Shown here: positions 28,265 to 38,194 of the stretch, piece after piece | Position numbering within the stretch: position 1 is the stretch's first letter | Layout: every line of letters begins with the position of its first letter | Source of the DNA: an uncultured Bacilli bacterium | Lineage (GTDB): Bacteria; Bacillota_I; Bacilli_A; RF39; UBA660 | Assembly (NCBI GenBank): GCA_934168245.1 | Contig: CAKPMY010000001.1 | Span: forward strand, 201,428 to 265,427 | Direction of reading: 5' to 3' | Length of the DNA stretch: 64,000 bases | Made by a program: the position numbers and the translations under genes | The notes under the pieces: model-generated | Seen by the model: the letters and a program-made list of their open reading frames with translations, nothing else | Told to the model about the DNA's origin: nothing | Databases searched by the model: none

Positions 28265-30153
28265 CTATGTTTTCCTCCAACATCCTGTTGAAGAGTATCA
28301 TTTATTTTAGCATCAGCCAATTTTTCTAATCTTTTTTCATCTCCATGAGCCCATATTGCTTCAAATGTTGCTTCTGGTTCCGGCCCAACTTTCTTCATAA
28401 AATCACGAACTGTCGCGAAGTTTTCTTCATCTACTGTCGCTAATGAAGCCGCAGTAGCAAACTTTTTCGAATCAGTCATCTCTAAGTCATCACTAGAGTA
28501 ATTACCCATAACTACATCATCAACAGTAATTAATGGTTGTTGAACAAATGCTTTAAAGTCCGTTGTTAAATCTTCGCCAATTAAAGATTTAAGCATATCA
28601 GGTTGATTAGTTTTAGTAAGTACTTTAGAAGCAAATTCCCACTTTCTAGGATTAGCATTTGGCTTTTCACCTGTGTAAGGAGTATTTAAAACATCCTCTC
28701 CAGAACAAGATTTATAAGTAACATAAGAAACAATAGCAGGATGTATATCATTTGTAGTTGCCCATTTTAACCAATGATCAGTATCAGTTTCAATATTAAC
28801 ATGTGCAAAGCCATCGTATAAAGGATCATCAAGTCCACCTGCCGCAACAAATCTTGCATTAGCAGGTAATTTCCATTTACTATTTACTTCGCCCTCTAAC
28901 ATCACATCAATAGCCATCTCTTGAACTTCCTTTGAAGCAGCAGTAAGTCCATCCAAATATACAACATGAAGCCTATCCGGATCATTTTCACATTTTTGTA
29001 AAACATTAGTATACCAAGTTGGCGGTATATCATTTTCTTCACCAACAAGTATTCCAGCCGGTTTACCACCAAAACTCTCAAGATTAGCATTTGGCATATA
29101 AACAATTTCACAATCAGGATCAAATTGCTTTACACGTGCAGCCTTTTCTTCGATTGGATCTCCATGTAAAAATACTGGAACACCACTTTCAATAGCCCCT
29201 CTAATCATATCTTCTTTAGAAGTATTTGAAAAATCAAAGTTATATGGATTTACATTTTTTATTTTTTGTGCATTTTCACTCTTATCTTGAATATTTTTTT
29301 CTACCTCTTGCTTTTCAGTAACTTTTTCATAAGTTCTAGGAGCAATAATTTCTCTGGCGAAAGTTCTATTCATAAATTTACCAATTGTTGTATCTTCAAA
29401 CTGTGTACGATAGTTAAGTTCTGCCCCATTTTCATCATTGAACGGAATACCGGCAAGTACTATTTTTTTAGAAAGAACAACATTGTTTTTCTTATCTACT
29501 AACCAAACAATTGGTTCTACTTTAACCCAATAGTATTGTCCTTTTTTTACATCTCTACCATCAGATAATTTATAACCATAAACGGTAGAATCAGCGGCAA
29601 CAACTCTAACGTATGGCTCACCATTATACTCATACTCAACAAGTTGCCTTGGTATAAAATCATCATCTGAAGCAAAACTTGCTGAATCAGCAGTATAGGA
29701 TCTACCTGTCTCTACTAATTCTCCATTATTAAATGCTGTCTCTAAAGTTAAAGCCTCTTCTTCTCCAATCACAGTTTGTGGTAATTCACCATAAGTAGCC
29801 TCATTTAATCCACCTACTGGAGCTGTAACTCTAAAGTCATTCACATTAGAAGAGTAAGATGTAGCAGGTCTAATACCAATACCTTGACGAGCCGTTGGAT
29901 TCTGCCAATATCCATTTCCTTGAGCATTAATAACCCAAACATTACCATTACGATTACCGTCAGTATAATAGTGTCCAGAACGAATTGTACTATTACTAAA
30001 TAAGCGATTACTCTCAGTTCTACCACCATATCCGCCTAATAAAATCGCAAAATCTGTAATCTCTGCTGCCGCACCATATTTATTCTTCTTTATTAACTCA
30101 GCCTTACGTACATCTACACTTGTTTCATAGTTATCTAAAAATCTAAATTCCAT
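28261..30153 (-). CDS. 631-aa fusion protein: unknown N-terminal ~300 aa plus a degenerate AAA+-like C-terminal half
   Basis: The start is ATG 30153 (MEFRFLDNY), preceded by GGTGAT. No signal peptide. The N-terminus has GIGIRPA and EPIVWLVDKKNNVVLSKKIVL elements. The C-terminal half has VPVFLHGDPIEEKA (degenerate P-loop), PPTWY, HVVYLDG (degenerate Walker B) and LPANARFVAAG. Confidence 0.5.
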   Translation of the reverse strand: MEFRFLDNYETSVDVRKAELIKKNKYGAAAEITDFAILLGGYGGRTESNRLFSNSTIRSGHYYTDGNRNGNVWVINAQGNGYWQNPTARQGIGIRPATSYSSNVNDFRVTAPVGGLNEATYGELPQTVIGEEEALTLETAFNNGELVETGRSYTADSASFASDDDFIPRQLVEYEYNGEPYVRVVAADSTVYGYKLSDGRDVKKGQYYWVKVEPIVWLVDKKNNVVLSKKIVLAGIPFNDENGAELNYRTQFEDTTIGKFMNRTFAREIIAPRTYEKVTEKQEVEKNIQDKSENAQKIKNVNPYNFDFSNTSKEDMIRGAIESGVPVFLHGDPIEEKAARVKQFDPDCEIVYMPNANLESFGGKPAGILVGEENDIPPTWYTNVLQKCENDPDRLHVVYLDGLTAASKEVQEMAIDVMLEGEVNSKWKLPANARFVAAGGLDDPLYDGFAHVNIETDTDHWLKWATTNDIHPAIVSYVTYKSCSGEDVLNTPYTGEKPNANPRKWEFASKVLTKTNQPDMLKSLIGEDLTTDFKAFVQQPLITVDDVVMGNYSSDDLEMTDSKKFATAASLATVDEENFATVRDFMKKVGPEPEATFEAIWAHGDEKRLEKLADAKINDTLQQDVGGKHR

Positions 30154-30258
30154 ATATATCACCAACCTTATCATATCATAAATAAGAAATAATTTATACA
30201 AGTTTTTGCTAAATAAAATGTTAAAAAAAGTCCAATAGAAAAATAGAGAATCACTTCT

Positions 30259-32655
30259 CTATTTAACAACTATATTAACTATTTTTCCCTTAATAACGAT
30301 AACTTTAACTATCTCTTTACCTTCAGTATGTCTCTTAACATTCTCTTCATTTAAAGCCTTTTCTTTAATAGTATCTTCATTCTCATTAACATTAATTGTA
30401 ATAGTACCTCTAACTTTACCATTAACTTGAACAGCAATTTCCTTAGTCTCATCTATAGTCTTAGCCTCATCATATTTAGGCCAACTATTCTTACAAATTG
30501 GACTATTACCAATTCCCTCATTTAACTCCTCAGTAATATGTGGAGCAAATGGATATAATAATGTTAATAATACTGTATAATCATCTTTACTAATAGATTC
30601 TACTGCATAATATTCATTAACTAATTTCATTAATTCAGATATAGCCGTATTATATTTTAAAGTTTCAATATCATCAGATACTTTCTTAATAGTTTTATTT
30701 ATAATACCTTCAAAACTACTAGTATATCCTTTATTATCATTTAATCTTTCACTTAATCTATAAACTCTATCTAAGAAGCGACTAATTCCTTTAACACCTT
30801 GCTCATTCCATGGAGCCTCTAATCCATAATCACCCATAAATAATACATAAGTTCTTAAAGTATCAGCACCATACTCATCTACTATCGTATTAGGATCAAT
30901 TGTATTACCACGGGATTTACTCATCTTCTCTCCATCTGGTCCTAAAATAAGTCCTTGTGCAGTTCTTCTCATATAAGGTTCACTAGTAGGAACTAATCCT
31001 AAATCATATAAGAAATGATACCAGAATCTAGAGTAAATTACGTGTCTAGTAACATGCTCCATACCACCATTATACCAATCAACTGGCATCCAATAATTAA
31101 GTTTTTCACGTGAAGCAAACTCTTTGTCATTATGTGGATCAATATATCTTAAGAAATACCAACTAGATCCCGCCCATTGAGGCATAGTATCTGTCTCTCT
31201 CTTTGCATCCCTTCCACACTTAGGACATTTACAATTAACGAAACTCTCTATTTTAGCAAGTGGACTTTCTCCATCTGTACCAACTTCAAAATTAGTAACC
31301 TCAGGTAATCTTAAAGGTAACTCTTCATATGGAACAGCAACATCTCCACAATGTTCACAATGAATTATTGGAATTGGTTCTCCCCAATATCTTTGTCTAT
31401 TAAATGCCCAATCCTTCATCTTGTATTGAACAGCTTTTTCTCCAACACCATTTTCTTTTAAGTATTCAATTACCTTTTCAATAGCATCTTTTTTATTTAA
31501 TCCATCTAAGAATCCTGAATTAATATGAACTCCATCACCTGTATAAGCCTCTTTCTCAATATCTCCACCTTCAATAACTGGAATTATATCAATACCAAAC
31601 TTAGTCGCAAATTCATAGTCTCTTGTATCATGAGCTGGTACAGCCATAATTGCCCCAGTACCATAACCCATCATTACATAATCTGCAATATAGATAGGAA
31701 TTTCTGCTCCATTAACTGGATTAATCGCAACTAAACCATCAATTCTAACACCAGTCTTATCTTTAGCAAGTTGAACACGTTCAAACTCAGTCTTCTTCTT
31801 AGCCTCTTCTCTATAAGCCATAATCTCATCTATATTTTTAACCATATCTTTATGATTATCAATAATATGATGTTCTGGAGCAACAACCATAAAAGTAGCT
31901 CCAAATAATGTATCAGGACGAGTCGTATAAACTTTCAATACTTCATCCAAGTCTTTTACTTTAAAATCAACATAAGCACCAGTAGATTTACCAATCCAAT
32001 TCTCTTGTTGTAGTTTAATATTTGGTAAATAATCAACTTCTTTTAATCCTTCAAGTAACTTATCAGCATACTCTGTAATTCTTAAATACCAAACATCTTT
32101 TTCTTTTTGAATAACTTGTGAATGACAAATATCACATTTACCACCTTGTGAATCTTCATTAGCCAAAACCACTCTACAACTAGGACAATAATTAACAAAT
32201 GTCTTATCTCTAAAAGCAAGCCCTTTCTCAAACATCTTTAAAAATATCCATTGAGTCCATTTATAATAATTCTCATCTGTTGTATCGATAACTCTATCCC
32301 AATCAAATGAAAAACCTACTTTTTTTAATTGTCCAGCAAATATCTCAATATTTCTATCTGTCAAAACTCTAGGATGAATATTTTGCTTTATAGCAGAATT
32401 CTCTGTAGGAAGACCAAATGCATCATATCCAATTGGAAATAATACATTATATCCTTCCATTCTTCTCTTTCTCGCAACTACTTCCAATCCAGAATAAGCC
32501 TTAATATGTCCTAAATGCATACCAACTCCAGACGGATATGGAAACTCTACTAAAGCATAAAACTTAGGCTTACTATAATCATCTAATGCCTTAAAGCACT
32601 TATTATCTTCCCAATACTTTTGCCATTTCTTCTCTATTTCTTTAAAATTATACAT
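30259..32655 (-). CDS. leuS: Leucyl-tRNA synthetase
   Basis: HLGH (HIGH motif), the CP1 editing domain, KMSKS, 798 aa. Confidence 0.97.
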   Translation of the reverse strand: MYNFKEIEKKWQKYWEDNKCFKALDDYSKPKFYALVEFPYPSGVGMHLGHIKAYSGLEVVARKRRMEGYNVLFPIGYDAFGLPTENSAIKQNIHPRVLTDRNIEIFAGQLKKVGFSFDWDRVIDTTDENYYKWTQWIFLKMFEKGLAFRDKTFVNYCPSCRVVLANEDSQGGKCDICHSQVIQKEKDVWYLRITEYADKLLEGLKEVDYLPNIKLQQENWIGKSTGAYVDFKVKDLDEVLKVYTTRPDTLFGATFMVVAPEHHIIDNHKDMVKNIDEIMAYREEAKKKTEFERVQLAKDKTGVRIDGLVAINPVNGAEIPIYIADYVMMGYGTGAIMAVPAHDTRDYEFATKFGIDIIPVIEGGDIEKEAYTGDGVHINSGFLDGLNKKDAIEKVIEYLKENGVGEKAVQYKMKDWAFNRQRYWGEPIPIIHCEHCGDVAVPYEELPLRLPEVTNFEVGTDGESPLAKIESFVNCKCPKCGRDAKRETDTMPQWAGSSWYFLRYIDPHNDKEFASREKLNYWMPVDWYNGGMEHVTRHVIYSRFWYHFLYDLGLVPTSEPYMRRTAQGLILGPDGEKMSKSRGNTIDPNTIVDEYGADTLRTYVLFMGDYGLEAPWNEQGVKGISRFLDRVYRLSERLNDNKGYTSSFEGIINKTIKKVSDDIETLKYNTAISELMKLVNEYYAVESISKDDYTVLLTLLYPFAPHITEELNEGIGNSPICKNSWPKYDEAKTIDETKEIAVQVNGKVRGTITINVNENEDTIKEKALNEENVKRHTEGKEIVKVIVIKGKIVNIVVK

Positions 32656-33025
32656 TCTTAATCATTCCTCTCTTTTCATAAAACTTAAATACTAACCAAT
32701 AACTTATCATAATAATCGGTATAACTAACACAACACACATCAGTAGTGATAGTAAATAACTATCTACTAATGCTACTATCGTAACAATAATAGTTATATC
32801 AAATGATGAAGTTAAAGCAACTATCTGTAACAGTTGATTATAATCTACTTTCTTTAAATCTAACTTATACTTATAAACCAAATATCTAATTTCTGCCAGT
32901 TCTTTTTTTTCTTTCTTCTTTTTACTCTTACCTGCTTTATACTTTTTCATAGGTAATACAAAAATCATCTCATAGAAGAAGAGCACTACAAAAAAACAAA
33001 TTATAAATAAAATTATCTCTTTCAT
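32648..33025 (-). CDS. Small membrane protein (125 aa), first cistron of the T-box/leuS operon
   Basis: The start is ATG 33025, preceded by GGAGG. It has 3 hydrophobic helices and a KKYKAGKSKKKKEKKE loop. Overlaps the leuS start by 8 nt. Confidence 0.55.
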   Translation of the reverse strand: MKEIILFIICFFVVLFFYEMIFVLPMKKYKAGKSKKKKEKKELAEIRYLVYKYKLDLKKVDYNQLLQIVALTSSFDITIIVTIVALVDSYLLSLLMCVVLVIPIIMISYWLVFKFYEKRGMIKNV

Positions 33026-33035
33026 ATAAACCTCC

Positions 33036-33282
33036 AAAAAAAACGTCCTTATCAACATAAGGACGAAATATTCGCGGTACCACCTTACTTCATAGTATAA
33101 CTATGCAGCTTTAATAGATATAATGGTCTTACCCAACTATTACTAACTTAGTCAAGTTCACAATCTAAATATACTTATTTTCACCAACCATAAGCTCTCT
33201 AAAATATTTAAAAAATTGCTACTACTACTAACAACATTCAAAAATATACACCTAGTATAGTAAACTTTCCTAAGTTTTTCAA
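33036..33282 (-). promoter_or_regulatory. T-box riboswitch leader, Leu specifier, with promoter
   Basis: Read on the minus strand. Promoter TTGAAA-17-TATACT (33254-33282). Stem I has an AGAGA box. The specifier region GAACUUGAC (33153-33156) reads CUU or the overlapping UUG, both Leu codons. T-box AAGGUGGUACCGCG (about 33073-33087). Terminator CGUCCUUA-UGUUGA-UAAGGACG plus U8 (33036-33065). Confidence 0.85.
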
Positions 33283-33292
33283 GTATTTTTTT

Positions 33293-35716
33293 CTATACTT
33301 CACTCATATATTCAATTAATCTTAAGAAAAGTCCTATATATTCATTAGAAAGTTTCTTTTTCTTTAATTTTCTAATTTCTATTCTCTTCTTCTTTAATGG
33401 TAAATCACTGAACATAATACTTGCTATTTCTTCTTTTAAGTATGTATGAATTTTAAGATCTATTAAGACACTCTTAACATCATCATTTATTAATCTCATC
33501 GCATCTATTTCAATATCTTTACCTCTACAGTTAATTGTCAACTGTCCTACTGATGGACAATTCTTTATCTCAACTACAAAGTCATTAGCATCTACATAAC
33601 TAATAATATCTATTTTTTCATTATTAAAATATGCTGCTACACTATCCGCTTGTTTTGTATTTCTAAATACCATCTTATAATTTCTTCTATCTGGAACAAT
33701 ACCACTCTTACCTTCTATAGAACGAAGTATAACTGTATAGTTATTACGTAAATAATTATAATCGATTGAAGTCTTTAAGAAGTATCCTTCTTTATATAAT
33801 GCTGTAACTCCATCGTCTTCATACAACGTATAGGTATTACTTACTCCTGGGAATATTTGTATTTCTAAATCTGTAGGAATACCTGTATTATTATAATCAC
33901 TTCTATTAGATAAAGGTATTATTGATCCTGCATGAGCAAATACTGGATAATCTTCTTCTTTAAAGAATGATACGTACTTTTTATTACCTGGGAACTTTTT
34001 ACCAGTAATAAAATCATACCAAATACCATCTGGTATAAAGAATCTATGTAAAGTTCTGTTCATTACTGAATCCATCTTATCAAGTATTGGACATACTAGT
34101 AATTGTGAACCAAAATAGTATTGATTTCGATATAATTCATCATCATAAACCCACATATAATTATAATAAAATGGTTGAATCAAAGGTACTCCTGATCTTG
34201 TATAATTATATGCTTCTGTATATAAATATGGTATTAATCTATGTCGAAGTCTCAAATAATCTGCCGTAATAGACTCTGTCTGTGCATCCCATAACCATGG
34301 TTCTTTTTTATAGTAAGGCCCTCTAGCCCCATGGAATCTTAAGATAGGTCCAAAGGTACTTAATTGTAAGTAGCGAACATACAAGTCACCTTCTTCAATA
34401 CCACCATGATTACCTCCTACATCATGACTCCACCAACTAACACCTATATTAGCGGCATTCAAGTACTGAAATGGTAATTGTTTCAAGGCTTCCCAACTAA
34501 TCTCACTAGATCCAGCATATAAAATACCATATCTATGTGGTGCATAAACTGATCCCCTAGATAATAACATACCTCTTCTACCAACATTACGCTTTGAATC
34601 TAAATATAAATAATGTGTCGTAGCCCATAAATTAGTAACATTCTTTGGATCTCCATAATAATCATTCCAGAAAAAGTCTACTCCATAGGCCTCTAATGGA
34701 TGTAAAAACATCTTAAACATAACATCTAGTAATTTCGGATTCAATGGATCAAATTTAATAATAGTAGACTCTGGTAATTCCAAATACTGAATAGCCTGTT
34801 TATAATACGTCTCATGTGGAAAAATACCTTCAGTCGGATTAATACACAATCCCACTCTAATTCCTCTCGCATGGAACTGATCAATCATCTTCTTTGGATC
34901 CGCAAATAGTTCATTATTGAATGAAAATCCTGATTTAAGTCCTTTATAATCTCCAATATTTCTATAATGCCAATCATTATCAAATAACATAATAGATAAT
35001 GGAATTCTCTTTCTTTCAAAGTTACGTATCAAAGACTGAACACTTCTATCATCATACGTAATATTTCTACTCCACCAATTTCCTAAAGCATATCTTGGTA
35101 TCAAAGATGGTGAGCCAGTCAACTTAAAATAGTCAGATAAAGCATGTCTAAAATCTCTATCATACATAAAGACATATATATCTGTATGATTAACTGGCGG
35201 ATCAGCCAAAGTACCGTCCTCCATAATTATTTTATTATAACTATCATCTATAGATGCAAACCCATCAAGTGAATATAATCCCTTTAAATAATTAGGTTCA
35301 TTCTTAACATCTATAGAAATCATATTACCATTCATGTTTCTAGCCTCAGCCTGTCCCACAAACCAATCTTTATTCCTATCTTTTTCATGACTTGCTAAAG
35401 TTATTTTTAAATTTCTAGCCGGCTCAAGTTTACCACTACCAAAAGGCTTTTCTTTAACATACATAAGTGTAAAATACTTAGTTGAAATTTCTAAAAGTGC
35501 CCCTTCTTGACGCACAGAAAAATTAGCTGGTCCAACATCTCGTCTTATAACCAACTGTGTAGGTCTATCAACAAATTCTCCACTAGGTGAATATTCCAAA
35601 CGTACAACTCTTTCCGTAATAACAGAAATACGGAAATTCTTACCTTGAATAACATTCTTACTATTGCACTTAGTTCTTGTATAATCAACTTCAAATTGTT
35701 TTCCAAGTGGATACAT
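33293..35716 (-). CDS. Glycoside hydrolase family 31 enzyme (cytoplasmic alpha-glycosidase)
   Basis: ~807 aa. GH31-like catalytic region (FFWNDYYG; WSHDVGGN). The start is ATG 35716, preceded by AAGAGGTG. No signal peptide. Confidence 0.8.
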   Translation of the reverse strand: MYPLGKQFEVDYTRTKCNSKNVIQGKNFRISVITERVVRLEYSPSGEFVDRPTQLVIRRDVGPANFSVRQEGALLEISTKYFTLMYVKEKPFGSGKLEPARNLKITLASHEKDRNKDWFVGQAEARNMNGNMISIDVKNEPNYLKGLYSLDGFASIDDSYNKIIMEDGTLADPPVNHTDIYVFMYDRDFRHALSDYFKLTGSPSLIPRYALGNWWSRNITYDDRSVQSLIRNFERKRIPLSIMLFDNDWHYRNIGDYKGLKSGFSFNNELFADPKKMIDQFHARGIRVGLCINPTEGIFPHETYYKQAIQYLELPESTIIKFDPLNPKLLDVMFKMFLHPLEAYGVDFFWNDYYGDPKNVTNLWATTHYLYLDSKRNVGRRGMLLSRGSVYAPHRYGILYAGSSEISWEALKQLPFQYLNAANIGVSWWSHDVGGNHGGIEEGDLYVRYLQLSTFGPILRFHGARGPYYKKEPWLWDAQTESITADYLRLRHRLIPYLYTEAYNYTRSGVPLIQPFYYNYMWVYDDELYRNQYYFGSQLLVCPILDKMDSVMNRTLHRFFIPDGIWYDFITGKKFPGNKKYVSFFKEEDYPVFAHAGSIIPLSNRSDYNNTGIPTDLEIQIFPGVSNTYTLYEDDGVTALYKEGYFLKTSIDYNYLRNNYTVILRSIEGKSGIVPDRRNYKMVFRNTKQADSVAAYFNNEKIDIISYVDANDFVVEIKNCPSVGQLTINCRGKDIEIDAMRLINDDVKSVLIDLKIHTYLKEEIASIMFSDLPLKKKRIEIRKLKKKKLSNEYIGLFLRLIEYMSEV

Positions 35717-35784
35717 AGCCAACACCTCTTAATATTCTAGTAACATAATACCATATATTTATAAATATTCCAAGCAAAACAAAA

Positions 35785-36912
35785 TCAATCATTCAAAAAT
35801 TGTACATAATATTCTTCATATGAAATATTATTCTCATAAATATATTTAGCAATCTTTTTACCAACATATCTATAATGCCAAGGCTCTGCTCTAAAACCTG
35901 TATAGGACATCTTTTTATTTGTAAATCTTAAAATAAATCCATACTTATAAGCATTATCTAACATCCATGTATACTCTTCAGACTGAGCAAATATATTACT
36001 TGTCGTACTCCCTATATCAAAAGCAAGCCCAGTTTGATGTTCTGAATATCCCGGAAAAGCCACATAGCGATTTACATACCCATCGCCATACAATTCTTTA
36101 TAGTAGGCACACAACGCTTCTTGATCTTTATAAGAACGATAACTAGAATTGATAACTAATCCTAATCCCTCACTCTTCGCAGCCTCATACATCTTCGAAA
36201 AAGCCACAACTGCTTCTCTACTACCTTTCTGTACTTCTCCATTAGCATATTTACTATCAAATTCTACTAAATCACTAGGCGTAAAATCTTCTGCTAATAC
36301 ATAATGCTTATTAACTAACATATCAGTAGAAAATTCACTAACTTTAGTCGGATCTACATAGTCTTCATTATCCATACCCAAATTAACACAAACGACAGTA
36401 GTTTCTTCGTCTTCTCCAGTCTCTCTAGAGTATTTAACATATCGATCATAATATTTTAATTTAGCATACTTAATACTATAAAATTCCTCTAAATATTTAA
36501 TCTTTTCTCTCTTCGCAAACTCTGAAACATCACTATCACTTCCATGACTAAGTATAAGTGAAATATTACTATTACTATACCCTCTCTGAATTAAGGTATT
36601 AATATTTTTAATTAAATTTTCTTGTTCTTGATACTCTATTTTAGAATAACTATCTATATTATCTTCATCAAAATATTTACTCTGAAAAGCCGCATTAAGT
36701 GTCTTATTATAATTAATATTCTTAATATAATCTTTCTTACCAAGTAACAAAATATTAGTAGCAGCCTCATAATCATATCCAATCTTAGTAATACTTCTAA
36801 CTTGGTACATGTAAAAACAAAATACTCCTACAAAGAATATAAAAATAACCAATAAAACTCTTAAAAAACCAACAACTGGTCTCTTTAATTTTAACCGTCT
36901 TTTCTTCGCCAA
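35785..36912 (-). CDS. Membrane-anchored D-alanyl-D-alanine carboxypeptidase (VanY / peptidase M15B)
   Basis: N-terminal TM helix. SYRSY, GYSEHQTGLAFD and EPWHYRYVG are zinc-peptidase M15 motifs. Confidence 0.8.
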   Translation of the reverse strand: MAKKRRLKLKRPVVGFLRVLLVIFIFFVGVFCFYMYQVRSITKIGYDYEAATNILLLGKKDYIKNINYNKTLNAAFQSKYFDEDNIDSYSKIEYQEQENLIKNINTLIQRGYSNSNISLILSHGSDSDVSEFAKREKIKYLEEFYSIKYAKLKYYDRYVKYSRETGEDEETTVVCVNLGMDNEDYVDPTKVSEFSTDMLVNKHYVLAEDFTPSDLVEFDSKYANGEVQKGSREAVVAFSKMYEAAKSEGLGLVINSSYRSYKDQEALCAYYKELYGDGYVNRYVAFPGYSEHQTGLAFDIGSTTSNIFAQSEEYTWMLDNAYKYGFILRFTNKKMSYTGFRAEPWHYRYVGKKIAKYIYENNISYEEYYVQFLND

Positions 36913-36988
36913 ATATGATCACCTACCATATATAAAGTATAACACAAAACTCTTTATTTTTATGATAAAATATACACAGGTGATGTAA

Positions 36989-37936
36989 ATGACGACTACT
37001 TTTAAATACACTAATTCTAACAAAAGATATCATACTCTAGACTATTATTATAAAACTAGATTCAATGAAAAGGTCTTTAAAGTAAACTTAGATGCCGGCT
37101 TTACTTGTCCTAATATCGATGGAACTGTCGGTCATAACGGTTGTATCTATTGTTCTAAACTTGGCTCAGGAGACTTTGCAGGTAATAAAAATGAACCAAT
37201 CGAACTACAATTTACCAAAATAAAAAATACTATGCTAAAAAAATGGCCAAAAGCCAAATATATTGGTTACTTTCAAGCCCATACTAATACTTATGCCCCA
37301 GTCGAAAAATTAGCGGAATTATACCAAAAAATACTCTCTCAGCAAGATGTAATAGGCCTAAACATCGCAACCAGACCTGATGCTATTTCTCCTGAATGTC
37401 TAGACTATCTAGAACAATTAAATAAAAAGACTTATCTAACTATTGAACTAGGTCTACAAACAACCAATGAAAAAACTTCTAAATTAATAAATAGATGTCA
37501 CACTCTTACATGTTTTGAAAATATGGTAACTGAACTTAGAAAAAGAAATATCGATGTTGTAGTTCATATTATTAATGGTCTTCCTTATGAAACAAAAGAG
37601 GATATGTTAAATACGGTAAAATATCTAAATACTCTAGACATACAAGGTCTAAAAATACATATGCTAAGTATCTTAAAAGATACTCCCTTAGAAAAACTAT
37701 ATGAAAAAGAAAAGTTCCATATCTTAACCGAAGAAGAATATATAGATATTGTCATAAGTCAATTAGAATTATTAAGACCAGAAATAGTAATACATAGACT
37801 AAATACCGGTCCTAACTTAGAAGACTTAATAGAACCAAACTGGCTAGTAAAAAGACTACGTCTCTTAAATGATATTGATAAAGAAATGGTAAAAAGAGAT
37901 ACTTATCAAGGAAAAAAACTATATGAAAATATTTAA
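36989..37936 (+). CDS. TIGR01212-type radical SAM protein
   Basis: CPNIDGTVGHNGCIYC cluster motif. ~315 aa, typical of the YtqA/YhcC family. Confidence 0.8.
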   Translation: MTTTFKYTNSNKRYHTLDYYYKTRFNEKVFKVNLDAGFTCPNIDGTVGHNGCIYCSKLGSGDFAGNKNEPIELQFTKIKNTMLKKWPKAKYIGYFQAHTNTYAPVEKLAELYQKILSQQDVIGLNIATRPDAISPECLDYLEQLNKKTYLTIELGLQTTNEKTSKLINRCHTLTCFENMVTELRKRNIDVVVHIINGLPYETKEDMLNTVKYLNTLDIQGLKIHMLSILKDTPLEKLYEKEKFHILTEEEYIDIVISQLELLRPEIVIHRLNTGPNLEDLIEPNWLVKRLRLLNDIDKEMVKRDTYQGKKLYENI

Positions 37937-38183
37937 TTATTATTTAGTATTTATAAATATTATTGGTTTCTTTTTAATTCTAATCGATAAAGTTAAAGCC
38001 TGTAAAAATAAATGGCGCATCAAAGAAAGTACTCTTCTCTTAATTTCCATCCTTGGTGGCAGTATTGGTGAAGTATCATCTATGTTACTTTTTCATCATA
38101 AAACGAAAAAGAATAAATTCATAATATTTATTCCTCTTCTCATCATAGTACAAGTAATTATATACTTATACCTAAAAAAATAG
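37923..38183 (+). CDS. DUF1294 membrane protein
   Basis: IDKVKACKNKWRIKESTLLLISILGGSIGE matches the DUF1294 signature (DK..A....WRI.E..L). Overlaps the upstream gene by 14 nt. Confidence 0.7.
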   Translation: MKIFNYYLVFINIIGFFLILIDKVKACKNKWRIKESTLLLISILGGSIGEVSSMLLFHHKTKKNKFIIFIPLLIIVQVIIYLYLKK

Positions 38184-38194
38184 AAGTTTAACTT

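Noticed and set aside
26845-30153. Compositional (G+C) evidence that the Fic/AAA-like block is horizontally acquired
   Set aside because: Hand counts of 120-nt slices gave ~36-40% G+C in the 631-aa gene but also ~37% in leuS, against ~22% in cca. Composition tracks coding conservation here and does not discriminate, so no claim is made.
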